Part shown: in pieces, positions 29,455 to 38,074 of the stretch
How the letters are laid out: every line of letters starts with the position of its first letter
Numbering within the stretch: the stretch's first letter is position 1
DNA from: an uncultured Gemmatimonadales bacterium
GTDB lineage: Bacteria > Gemmatimonadota > Gemmatimonadetes > Gemmatimonadales > Gemmatimonadaceae
DNA: 64,000 nucleotides
Direction of reading: 5' to 3'
Assembly (NCBI GenBank): GCA_963851265.1
Contig: CAWKNZ010000002.1
Location: 1,632,001-1,696,000 of the forward strand
Position numbers and translations under genes: made by a program
Notes under the pieces: generated by a model
Database searches by the model: none
Told to the model about the DNA's origin: nothing
Seen by the model: only the letters and a program-made list of their open reading frames with translations

Positions 29455-30491
29455 GCGCGCCCCTCCCGGCGAGCACGTCGGGCGCGACGGTCGCGCGCGT
29501 GCGCGCGCAGGCGAAGGCCAACCTGTTCCTGCGCATCCTGGCGCGTGAGGACGGCGGCTACCATCAGCTCGAGACGCTCTTCCAGCGGCTCGACATCGCC
29601 GACGACGTGCGCGTGCGCGTCGGGCCCGCCGTTCGCGGGCGGACGTTAGACGCCGCCGGCGCGGAGGCCGACGCGCTCGGCCCGGTCGAGCGCAACCTCG
29701 CGTGGCGCGCGGCGGTCGCCTTCGCCGACCACACCGGCTGGCCCGACGCGTTCGCGATCGAGTTGACCAAGGCGATCCCCGTCGGCGGCGGACTGGGCGG
29801 TGGCAGCACGGACGCGGGAGCGGTCCTCCGCTGCCTCAACGCGCTCGCGCCGGACCCCCTGCACGCGAGCGATCTGCTCGCGATCGCCGGCGGGCTCGGC
29901 GCGGACGTGCCATTCCTGACCACCGGGGCCCCGCTCGCGCTCGCCTGGGGGCGCGGCGACCGGATGCTCGCGCTCCCCGCACTGCCGGTACGCCGCGTCC
30001 ACCTGGCCGTGTTCGCCGAAGGCGTCGCCACGCCGGCCGCGTTCGCCGCGCTCGCCGCCATCCGCGCGACGCGGCCATCTCCGGTGCGCCCGATCCTCTG
30101 GAGCGCCGACCGACTCGCGCGGTGGGACGACGTCGCGCTCGTCGCCGTGAACGACTTCGAGGACGCGATCTTTTCACAGCGCGAGGACATCGCGAGCGTC
30201 CGCACGTTGTTCGGTGAGGTCGCGCGCGAGGTCGAACAGCGCAACCTGTCGCCGGACGACGAGGGCGACGCCTTCACGGACGAGCCTGCCATCGACGTCG
30301 AGGCCGGGGACACGACCCCGATCGCGCTCATGACCGGATCCGGCGCGACCGTCATCCTGCTCACGCCGCTGGCCGGGGTGACCGTCGGGCTCGAGGTGAA
30401 CGCGCCGCCCGGGAGCGTCGGCGTACCGGCGATCCGGGTGGTCGAGACGCGCACCGCGGACCGCGTTGCCGCCGTGCTCGTCGACGAATAG
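29451..30491 (+). CDS. ispE: 4-diphosphocytidyl-2C-methyl-D-erythritol kinase
   Basis: AKANLFLRIL..DGGYHQLETLF, IPVGGGLGGGSTDA, GADVPF, NDFE, MTGSGAT; lies before tRNA-Gln and prs. Confidence 0.93.
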   Translation: MSAPLPASTSGATVARVRAQAKANLFLRILAREDGGYHQLETLFQRLDIADDVRVRVGPAVRGRTLDAAGAEADALGPVERNLAWRAAVAFADHTGWPDAFAIELTKAIPVGGGLGGGSTDAGAVLRCLNALAPDPLHASDLLAIAGGLGADVPFLTTGAPLALAWGRGDRMLALPALPVRRVHLAVFAEGVATPAAFAALAAIRATRPSPVRPILWSADRLARWDDVALVAVNDFEDAIFSQREDIASVRTLFGEVAREVEQRNLSPDDEGDAFTDEPAIDVEAGDTTPIALMTGSGATVILLTPLAGVTVGLEVNAPPGSVGVPAIRVVETRTADRVAAVLVDE

Positions 30492-30504
30492 GTTGCTCGG
30501 CGCT

Positions 30505-30575
30505 TGCCCCGTCGTTCAACGGCAGGACCCTGCACTTTGGATGCAGTGATCGTGGTTCGAATCCACGCGGGGCAA
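30505..30575 (+). tRNA. tRNA-Gln(TTG)
   Basis: TGCCCCG/CGGGGCA acceptor stem, anticodon arm CTGCA-CTTTGGA-TGCAG, GGTTCGAATCC; canonical ispE-tRNAGln-prs position. Confidence 0.96.
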
Positions 30576-30638
30576 TTTCCCCGAGATCCGGCGCGCGAGG
30601 ATCCTCCCGCCGTCGGCCTCGATGCCGGTGAGTGACGC

Positions 30639-31655
30639 ATGGGTCCCCAGGTCCTACCGAATCGCGTGATGCCGCCGCACGCTGCGTCGCAATCCGCCAC
30701 GCGCGACGGCAGCTCGGGCGCGAATCACGCCTTCAAGCTCATCGCGGGGATGGGCAACCGCGCCCTCGCCGAAGAGATCGCGCGCTGTCTCGGCGTCGAG
30801 CTCTGCAAGCTGACGTGTACGCGGTTCGCCGACGGCGAGATCTTCGTCCGCATCGACGAGAACATCCGCGGGATGGACGTGTTCGTGATACAGCCCACGA
30901 ACCCGCCCGCCGACACGATCATGGAGCTGCTGCTCATCGTCGACGCCGCGCGGCGCGCGAGCGCGGCGCGCATCACGGTCGTTATGCCGTACTACGGCTA
31001 CTCGCGGCAGGACCGCAAGGACCAGCCGCGGGTCGCGATCGGCGCGAAGCTCGTCGCCAACATGATCCAGACCGCGGGCGCGGACCGCGTGCTCGGCATC
31101 GACTTTCACCAGCATCAGCTGCAGGGATTCTTCGACATCCCCGTCGACCACCTGTACGCGAAGCCGGTGCTCGTGAACCACTACCGCCGCAAACGCCTCA
31201 CCGACCTCGTCGTCGTCGCGCCCGACGTCGGCGCGGCCAAGATGGCGCGCGGCTTCGCGAAGCAACTCGACGCCGGGTTCGCGATCATGGACAAACGTCG
31301 CCCCAAGGCGAACGTCGCCGAAGTGCTGAACGTGATCGGCGAGGTCGACGGGCGCCCGTGCCTCATCGTCGACGACATGATCGACACGGCGGGGACGGTG
31401 AGCGAGGCCGCGCGCGCGCTCATCAAGCGCGGCGCGCGCGAGGTTTACGTGTGCGCGACGCACGCGCTCCTCTCGGGCCCGGCCCGCGAGCGCTTGAGCG
31501 AGGCACCGATCGCCGAGGTGACGGTGACCGATACGATCGCGATCCCGCCCGAGCGCCGCTTCGACAAGCTGCAGATCCTCTCGGTCGGCGAGCTGCTCGC
31601 GAAGGCGATCCGCTTCACGCACAGCGACCAGTCCGTCAGCAGTTTGTTCGAGTAG
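30639..31655 (+). CDS. prs: Ribose-phosphate pyrophosphokinase
   Basis: FADGE, PYYGYSRQDRK, APDVG, DKRR, IVDDMIDTAGT; start may be a few codons downstream. Confidence 0.97.
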   Translation: MGPQVLPNRVMPPHAASQSATRDGSSGANHAFKLIAGMGNRALAEEIARCLGVELCKLTCTRFADGEIFVRIDENIRGMDVFVIQPTNPPADTIMELLLIVDAARRASAARITVVMPYYGYSRQDRKDQPRVAIGAKLVANMIQTAGADRVLGIDFHQHQLQGFFDIPVDHLYAKPVLVNHYRRKRLTDLVVVAPDVGAAKMARGFAKQLDAGFAIMDKRRPKANVAEVLNVIGEVDGRPCLIVDDMIDTAGTVSEAARALIKRGAREVYVCATHALLSGPARERLSEAPIAEVTVTDTIAIPPERRFDKLQILSVGELLAKAIRFTHSDQSVSSLFE

Positions 31656-31671
31656 CCCGATCGGTTACAAT
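31643..31671 (+). promoter_or_regulatory. Candidate sigma70 promoter for rplY
   Basis: TACAAT at 31666-31671 with TTTGTT/TTGTTC 16-17 nt upstream. Confidence 0.4.
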
Positions 31672-31772
31672 ACGCGGCTGCGGGTGAGAGGCGGTCGACG
31701 GCAATCCGGTGCTGCGGCTGAGGGTAGCCCGCGGTACGTCAACTGCTTCCGGATTAAGAGTCTTTCCGACCC

Positions 31773-32408
31773 ATGGCCACCGCTTCCCTGAGCGCCGAGC
31801 TCCGTAACGAGACCGGCAAGGGCGTGGCGCGCAAGCTCCGCGCTGCCGGTCGCGTCCCCGCCGTCGTGTACGGCCACGCCCGCGCGGCCCAGTCGCTCTC
31901 GGTCAACGCCCGTGACCTCGGCCGCCTGCTCGACCAGTTCTCGGCGGCGAGCACCGTCGTCGAACTCGGCCTCGACGGCGGCATGACGCGCACCCTGATT
32001 CGCGAGGTGCAGCGCCACCCGGTCGACCGATCGCTCGTCCACGTCGACTTTCAGGAACTCGTCGCGGGCGAGCGCGTGACGGTTCGCGTCCCGCTGGTCT
32101 TCATCGGCACCCCCGAAGGCGTGCGCTCCGAGGGCGGCCTGCTCGAGGAGCAGCTGCGCGACATCGAAGTCTCGGCCGACCCGTCGAGCATCCCCGACCA
32201 CATCGACGTCGACGTGAGCGGCCTCACGCTGGGCCACCCCCTGCACGTGCGTGACCTCACGCTGCCGACAGGGATCACGGTGATCACCGAGGCCGATGCC
32301 ACGGTCGTGATGGTCACGGCGGCGCGCGTCGAGGAGCCCGATCCCGCCGCGGCGGCGGACGCGGCCGGCGCCCCCGAGGTGCTGCGGGCCAAGAAGGCCG
32401 ACGAGTAA
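31773..32408 (+). CDS. rplY: 50S ribosomal protein L25/Ctc
   Basis: GKGVARKLRAAGRVPAVVYG, REVQRHP, HVDF, C-terminal Ctc extension. Confidence 0.96.
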   Translation: MATASLSAELRNETGKGVARKLRAAGRVPAVVYGHARAAQSLSVNARDLGRLLDQFSAASTVVELGLDGGMTRTLIREVQRHPVDRSLVHVDFQELVAGERVTVRVPLVFIGTPEGVRSEGGLLEEQLRDIEVSADPSSIPDHIDVDVSGLTLGHPLHVRDLTLPTGITVITEADATVVMVTAARVEEPDPAAAADAAGAPEVLRAKKADE

Positions 32409-32423
32409 GCCGAGTCTCGCGGC

Positions 32424-33008
32424 TTGAAGGTCATCCTCGGCCTCGGCAACCCCGGCGAGGAGTACCGCGAGACGCGACACAACGTCGGCTGGGTGGTGCT
32501 CGACCACCTGGCCGACGTTTGGCGTTTCGACGCGTGGCGCCGGGACGGCGACAGCCTCGTCACGTCGGGGCTCGTGGGCACGACCAAGGTGCGGCTGCTC
32601 AAGCCGCAGACGTACTACAACGCGAGTGGGCACGCGCTCACGCCCTTCCTCCGCCGTCCGTTCTGGGCGCCGCAGACGGACCTGCTCGTGGCCTGCGACG
32701 ACGTCGCGATCCCGGTCGGCACGTACCGGCTGCGCCCGCAGGGGAGCGCCGGCGGCAGCAACGGGCTCAAGTCGATCGAGCGTACGTTAGGCCACCAGCA
32801 CTACCCGCGCCTCCGCGTCGGCACCAAACCGGCCGACGAGCGGCGGGAAGTCGGCAACCTCGTCGACTTCGTACTCTCGCCGTTCGACGCGATCGAGCGA
32901 AAGGAGATCGCGGACCTCATGCCGCGCCTCACCGACGCGGTCGAGCTGTGGCTGCGCGACGGGATCGTCGCGGCGATGAACAAGCACAACGGTAAACAGT
33001 CGGCCTGA
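32424..33008 (+). CDS. pth: Peptidyl-tRNA hydrolase
   Basis: GLGNPG.EY..TRHNVG, LLKPQTY, GSAGGSNGLKSI; TTG start. Confidence 0.94.
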   Translation: MKVILGLGNPGEEYRETRHNVGWVVLDHLADVWRFDAWRRDGDSLVTSGLVGTTKVRLLKPQTYYNASGHALTPFLRRPFWAPQTDLLVACDDVAIPVGTYRLRPQGSAGGSNGLKSIERTLGHQHYPRLRVGTKPADERREVGNLVDFVLSPFDAIERKEIADLMPRLTDAVELWLRDGIVAAMNKHNGKQSA

Positions 33009-33031
33009 CGCCGGCCTCACGCAAGGACAGC

Positions 33032-34132
33032 ATGCTCCGCATCGGCATCGTCGGCCTGCCCAACGTGGGCAAGTCCACGCTCTTCAACGCGCTCACCTCG
33101 GCCGGCGTCCTCGCCGCCAACTACCCGTTCGCGACCAAGGACCCGAACGTCGGCCGGGTGAACGTCCCCGACCGCCGCCTCGACGTCCTGGCCGGCGTGG
33201 TCTCGCCGCAGCGCACCGTGCCGGCCGCGGTCGAGTTCGTCGATATCGCGGGGCTCGTGAAGGGCGCGTCGCAGGGCGAGGGGCTCGGCAACCAGTTCCT
33301 CGCCAACATCCGCGAGACCGACGCGATCGTGCACGTCGTGCGCTGCTTTGACGACGACGACGTGCTGCACGTGATGGGCTCGGTCGACCCCGCGCGCGAC
33401 CGCGAGACGATCGAATTCGAGCTCGCGCTCGCGGACCTGAGCGTCGTCGAGAAGCGGCTCGACCGCGCGCGCCGTGCGGCCAAGACCGGCGACAAGGACG
33501 CGCAGACCGAGGCGGGCGCCCTGGACCGGGCGCACGCATACCTGAAGGACGGCCGCGCGCTCTTCGAGGCGCACCTCGGCGCCGACGACCTCGCGCTGCT
33601 GCAGCCCCTCTCGCTGCTGACGACGAAGCCGATCCTGTACGCGGCCAACGTGACCGACGCGGAGTTGACGGGCGACGAGGGGCCGCACCTCACGGCGCTG
33701 CGGGCCGCCGTCGCGGCCGGCGGCGAGGTGGCCGAGGTGGTGCCATTCTCGGCGAAGATCGAGAGTGAACTGGCCGAGCTGCCCGAGGCGGACCGTGGCG
33801 AGTTCCTCGCGTCGTTAGGCCTGGAGAGCGCGGGGCTCGACCGCCTGATTCAGGCGGGGTACCGGCTGCTCGGGCTGCAGACGTACTTCACGGCGGGCGA
33901 GCAGGAGGTGCGCGCGTGGACCATCCACCGCGGCGACACCGCGCCGAAGGCGGCGGGCGTGATTCACACCGATTTCGAGCGCGGGTTCATCAAGGCCGAC
34001 ACGGTCGCGTACGGAGAGTTCGTGGCCAACGCCGGGTGGAAGGGAGCGCGGGAGAAGGGCGTGGTGCGGAGCGAGGGGAAGGAGTACGTCGTGCAGGACG
34101 GGGACGTGATGCTGTTCAAGTTCAACGTGTGA
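33032..34132 (+). CDS. ychF: Ribosome-binding ATPase YchF
   Basis: GIVGLPNVGKST, ANYPF, DIAGLVKGAS.GEGLGNQFL, IHTDFERGFI, EGKEYVVQDGDV. Confidence 0.97.
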   Translation: MLRIGIVGLPNVGKSTLFNALTSAGVLAANYPFATKDPNVGRVNVPDRRLDVLAGVVSPQRTVPAAVEFVDIAGLVKGASQGEGLGNQFLANIRETDAIVHVVRCFDDDDVLHVMGSVDPARDRETIEFELALADLSVVEKRLDRARRAAKTGDKDAQTEAGALDRAHAYLKDGRALFEAHLGADDLALLQPLSLLTTKPILYAANVTDAELTGDEGPHLTALRAAVAAGGEVAEVVPFSAKIESELAELPEADRGEFLASLGLESAGLDRLIQAGYRLLGLQTYFTAGEQEVRAWTIHRGDTAPKAAGVIHTDFERGFIKADTVAYGEFVANAGWKGAREKGVVRSEGKEYVVQDGDVMLFKFNV

Positions 34133-34249
34133 GCCCCTGCCCTACCCGGCAGCGGGTGCCGCGCTGCAAGGCGCACGGCCACGGATTGCCGGGGAGCGGG
34201 TGAGAAAGTGCCTTGGATAGCCGGTGTCGCGGACACGAATTGGACACAG

Positions 34250-34567
34250 TCAGCCACGCCGGGATCGCGCCAGTGCCGTAGCCTGGGCCGCCGCGACCAG
34301 GTCCCGCGCCCGGGTCACCACGTCGTGCGCGGTCGCGACGAGGATCCCGCTTCGGACCTGAGCGGCGCGCATCGCCGCCGCGGCAGCCAGCACGGAAGGC
34401 GCGGGGCGGGCGCGGGGCGGGCGCGGGGCGGGCGCGGGGCGGGCGCGGGGCGGGCGCGGGGCGGGCGCGGGGCGGGCGCGGGGCGGGCGCGGGGCGGGCG
34501 CGGGGCGGGCGCGGGGCGGGCGCGGGGCGGGCGCGGGGCGGGCGCGGGGTTCGTCAGCGTCGGACAT
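34250..34567 (-). CDS. Small helical protein A with an 11-bp VNTR near its 5' end (currently in frame)
   Basis: MSDADE-(repeat)-SVLAAAAAMRAAQVRSGILVATAHDVVTRARDLV; similar to the neighbouring ORF. Confidence 0.5.
   Translation of the reverse strand: MSDADEPRARPAPAPRPPRARPAPAPRPPRARPAPAPRPPRARPAPAPRPPRARPAPSVLAAAAAMRAAQVRSGILVATAHDVVTRARDLVAAAQATALARSRRG
34398..34549. repeat. Perfect 11-bp tandem repeat (GGGCGCGGGGC), about 13.8 units
   Basis: 152 bp with exact period 11, containing only G and C. Confidence 0.97.
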
Positions 34568-34602
34568 GCCGTGTGGCGCCGTATAAACCGTGCCCGGGCG
34601 CG

Positions 34603-34829
34603 TTAGCCGCGCACCCGGCCCGCGCCCAAGGTGTCGTGCTGCCGCCTGGGGACACGTGGCCCGGACGCGGGCCAGGACGTCTCGCGCAGCTCTCGCGACC
34701 GCGCCACGACGTCGCGCGCATCGGCAACGATGATCGCACTGCGGGCTCGCGCGGCGGACGCCGCGGCGGTCGCCGCAAGCCCGAGCTGCGACGTCGCGCG
34801 CAGGTCGGGGGCAGGTCGGGGGCAGGCAT
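34603..34829 (-). pseudogene. Small helical protein B, paralog of A, frameshifted by an 11-bp duplication
   Basis: ATG-(CCTGCCCCCGA)x2; deleting one unit gives a 71-aa ORF MPAPDLRATSQLGLAATAAASAARARSAIIVADARDVVARSREL... Confidence 0.5.
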
Positions 34830-34945
34830 AAACGTTGGTACGGAACGATTCGTGCCGCGGCGATCCCGGGAGGCGGCCTGCTCGGTGAGCGACGCCGCGA
34901 CTACGGTGCGGAATGCCCCGCCGCGTGGTCGCGGCGGTCACCGGC

Positions 34946-35230
34946 ATGCGCCGCCCCACGCCGGATGATGTCGCCGAGCTCGCCGCCCTCGCCGAACGGC
35001 TCGGCCGCCCACTGAATGACGCCGCGCGGGCGTTCCTCGCCGCCGAGCAGCGTGCGTTCGGCATCGGATACGACGGCCGGCTCTGACTGAACGAGACGAC
35101 GGCGGTCACGACGTACGAGCGCACGCAATTGCACGCGGCGCTCCGGCACGCGGAGCGCGTCCCGCGGGCGCCCGCCGAGGTGCCGGGCCGCTTGACGGGG
35201 TGCCTCCTCCCGCGGCTCCCGGGGGTAAGT
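34946..35230 (+). pseudogene. ORF with in-frame TGA (35084-35086); N-terminus resembles SMI1/KNR4 (SUKH) proteins
   Basis: MRRPTPDDVAELAALAERLGRPLNDAARAFLA...YDGRL*LNETTAVTTYER continues with coding-like codons; end approximate. Confidence 0.4.
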
Positions 35231-35353
35231 CGACCGGGACGCCGGCCGCGCGGCCGACGACGCGACCGTATCCATACAACGCCGTTGTACAGCGCGGCCG
35301 CTCACGCGCGCATCAACCGGAGGCGTCGACGACTACTCAACGGCTGGACCATC

Positions 35354-35635
35354 TTACGCCGATGTACACCGGGTGGAGGCACTCGACAAACTCGCCGTGC
35401 TGGTCTCCGTGGCTGGCAGGAAGCCCATCGCGGCAGGGTGAAGAGAGTCCACCCACGGTCCCGATATCGATCTTGGGGCATCCACGCGCGATTTCGTGGC
35501 GTTCTCAGGGGTGCCCTTCTCCGCGTCGGTTACCGCGTCGTGGCTCTCTCGCGGCGGTTCCAGGAAGAGGAACCACGGGACCACCACGAGGAGAGCGGCA
35601 AGGCACACGTACAGGTCGACCAGACGGCGGGGCAT
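35354..35635 (-). CDS. Hypothetical small membrane-anchored protein, possibly a fragment
   Basis: N-terminal hydrophobic LYVCLAALLVVVPWFLFL; atypical codon usage. Confidence 0.35.
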   Translation of the reverse strand: MPRRLVDLYVCLAALLVVVPWFLFLEPPRESHDAVTDAEKGTPENATKSRVDAPRSISGPWVDSLHPAAMGFLPATETSTASLSSASTRCTSA

Positions 35636-36160
35636 GGGCGGGGCTCGACGGGGAGGGAGGGCTACCGGTGTGCCGCACTAGCGCAAGCCGGCGGCCCGCC
35701 GTCGCCGCGCTGCGCCCCGGGTCCGTAACCACCGATCGGAGCACGACTTCCGGCGTGGGATCGTGAACGGCGCAGCCGAGACCGCGCGGGCGCGCGGGGC
35801 GCGGACGCTACAGGCGCGAGCGCACGGTGAGGTCGCGAGTCCACACGTCATCGGCAGCGGCGGCGCCCCGTACACGCCGGCGCCTGGCAGAGTCCACCCA
35901 CACGCGTCCGCGCGTAGCAGCGGGGCGCCTCGCGGGCGCGCTGCGGGGCCACCGCACGTTGGGCGGGTGCCTGCGCTACGGCGCACGCGTGGCGCGCAAT
36001 CAGCGCGGCCACGATCAGTCGCGCTCCCATCCGATCCGGGTGCATGCGGTCACGCTGCTCGAGGAACACGCGGTGCAGTCGCACGGCGCGCATCACGCGC
36101 TGAGCGACGATCTCCGTCCGCTGCGCGCGGATCACCGCGCGTTCCAGCAATAATCCTTGC

Positions 36161-36625
36161 GTGCCTACAGCCTTGGCGGTCCGCTTCGCCCACGGGGCGC
36201 CGGTCGCGGCGGACGGCGCGCGCCTCACACGCGTGCGAGCGGCCACCCGGCTCGTGTGCGCGGCGTCCGTGATCGTGGTCGCGATCGCGGACGCGTGCGG
36301 AACCTCCGACGCGGTCGCGCCGGCGCCGGCGTCCGTGGCCGGCAGCTACAAGCGCCGGACGATCAACGGCCACGCGCTCCCGGTGCCGCTGCCGCGGCTC
36401 GGGACCGGCCCGTCCGCGACGGTCATGGCCGACTCGCTCGTGCGCAGGCCCGACACGTCCTACACGCGCGTGATAACGGTTCGCGCCACAGACGGAGCTC
36501 GTATCGGTTCGGCACGAACGGTCGGTGGCAGCTGCACGGCGATTCCGTCACCGTGGGGACGCTGTTGACATCGAACGGGGCGTTGGCAGGACCTGGAGCG
36601 ACCCCAGGGACGTATGCTGCTGGGC
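36161..36625 (+). pseudogene. Frameshifted lipocalin-like lipoprotein, paralog of 6685-7119
   Basis: ACGTSD..GSYKRRTINGHALP in one frame, GRWQLHGDSVTV in another; shift near 36495; ends approximate. Confidence 0.6.
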
Positions 36626-37090
36626 GGCGAGCACCACGACATGCGCTCAGTCGTCCCTTCCGCGGACATTGCTGGCAGCAACATCGTTGTTCACTACGCG
36701 ATCCTGAATCGAGGTACGCGTACGGAGGTGGTCAGCGACGCCAACCTCGTCTTCCGAACTCTGCCGCCTTACGGTGAGACGTTTCGGGCGACGGCGAAAG
36801 TGAGCCGCCTCTCCGTACAGCCTGACGCTGACGCCGGAGGCGGCGCGACGGCCGAACTGTTCTTCGTGTCCGCCGCGCCGGCCGCGTTTCTCGCGAATGA
36901 GCGAGTGCGGGGCGTTGATGCACTGCTGCAACTCGCCGCGACACCGCGGACGAACGCCCGCGAGGTTACACCTACGGAGTTGCGGGTCGCGCACATCGAC
37001 TTCCAGAGCGGCACGCCGAAGTCGGAGTTTGGATACGCGTTGTTCGGCAACGACTTAGCGTACACTCGCACGTTCAAGCTCAACGTGTGA
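36614..37090 (+). CDS. Hypothetical protein whose C-terminus (FKLNV*) comes from the ychF-derived direct repeat
   Basis: Open frame with lower GC and atypical codons; ends within the 22-bp repeat. Confidence 0.45.
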   Translation: MLLGGEHHDMRSVVPSADIAGSNIVVHYAILNRGTRTEVVSDANLVFRTLPPYGETFRATAKVSRLSVQPDADAGGGATAELFFVSAAPAAFLANERVRGVDALLQLAATPRTNAREVTPTELRVAHIDFQSGTPKSEFGYALFGNDLAYTRTFKLNV

Positions 37091-37206
37091 GCCGCGACGC
37101 GCGGACGCGGCCGTTACATCGAGCGACCTCCCCGCGTCGTGCTGATGCCCAGAATCCACGCGCCGAAGTCTGTGCCGCCGCGTCTTTCGCCCCGTCGAAC
37201 GTCCCG

Positions 37207-37413
37207 ATGCGATTTCCTCTCCGTCTGCCGCTCGTCCGCACCGTCCGCCGTCGCGTCGCGTCGTTCGCGCGCGACGAAGCCGGCGCGACCATGGCCGAGT
37301 ACACGCTTCTGGTCGCCGTGATCGCGCTCGTCGCGATCGCAGGCGCGAAGACGCTCGGGACCAATCTCTCGGCCAAGTACTCGAGCGAAGGGGCGCGCGT
37401 CGCCACTCCGTAG
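37207..37413 (+). CDS. Flp-family type IVb pilin
   Basis: RDEAG|ATMAEYTLLVAVIALVAI prepilin cleavage site and Flp EY motif. Confidence 0.88.
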   Translation: MRFPLRLPLVRTVRRRVASFARDEAGATMAEYTLLVAVIALVAIAGAKTLGTNLSAKYSSEGARVATP

Positions 37414-37486
37414 CGGCCGGTCGCGCCGGCCGCGTGCGGGGGCGCAGGTCCGGCAACGTCGTCGCGGCGTGACGTGCTCACGTCAG

Positions 37487-38014
37487 TCACGACGGTCCGT
37501 GCCGCCCGCCGCGTTGCACGGGCCGAGGATCCCAGCGTCGCGTTTCGAGCGCGGCCGGATCGGCGACCACGTCCGCACCGTCGAACCACTCCGCCGCGTC
37601 TTCCGGCACGCGCACCAAGTCGACCGGAGCGCGCCGCGTCACGCCGGCCAGCGCGTCGTCGACGAGTGCCGCGAAGTGGTGGAGGCTGACGTTCCATTTC
37701 GAGAACACGAAGTGCGTGTCCGGGTAGTCGCGCAGCAAGCGGCCTAACTTCTCGCGCGACGTCACGCCGCACTCGCCCCAGAACGTCACGCCGCGGCCCG
37801 TGTCGTCGAGCGCGTAGAGGTCCGGCTTGAACCGGCTCGGGAAGGGCAGCGCCTGCTCCACGCGCAGTTCCGGGTAGCGCGGCAGGTAGAGCGTCCAGAG
37901 CAGCGCCTTCTGGACCACGTGCTCCCCGCTCTCTTCCGGGCGCTTGACGAGCACGAGCGTGCGCCCGCGCGCGCGAACCGTCAGCTTGCGGCGGAGGCGG
38001 TCGGCGGGCGGCAT
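37487..38014 (-). CDS. YaeQ-like protein (PD-(D/E)XK-like fold)
   Basis: LVKRPEES.EHV..KAL, KPDL, FWGECG..SREKL motifs. Confidence 0.6.
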   Translation of the reverse strand: MPPADRLRRKLTVRARGRTLVLVKRPEESGEHVVQKALLWTLYLPRYPELRVEQALPFPSRFKPDLYALDDTGRGVTFWGECGVTSREKLGRLLRDYPDTHFVFSKWNVSLHHFAALVDDALAGVTRRAPVDLVRVPEDAAEWFDGADVVADPAALETRRWDPRPVQRGGRHGPS

Positions 38015-38074
38015 GCCCGGCGCGCGTTGCAGCCGGCGTGCCCGTCGGCGGCTGCGACGCCGCCCTGCCACTCG

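Larger units (their letters stand above)
34114..37093. mobile_element. Degenerate genomic-island remnant integrated at the ychF 3' end (no integrase seen)
   Basis: 22-bp direct repeat GTTCAAG(T/C)TCAACGTGTGAGCC at 34114-34135 and 37072-37093; interior has broken ORFs and more AT-rich patches. Confidence 0.75.

Noticed and set aside
34398..34549. Repeat array considered as a possible CRISPR
   Set aside because: Contiguous 11-bp units with no spacers and no cas genes.
35084..35086. In-frame TGA as selenocysteine or programmed read-through
   Set aside because: No redox motif or evident SECIS hairpin; a nonsense mutation in a decaying island is simpler.
35275..35289. Short inverted repeat TACAAC-GCC-GTTGTA
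   Set aside because: Only 6-bp arms with no supporting context; cannot assign a function.
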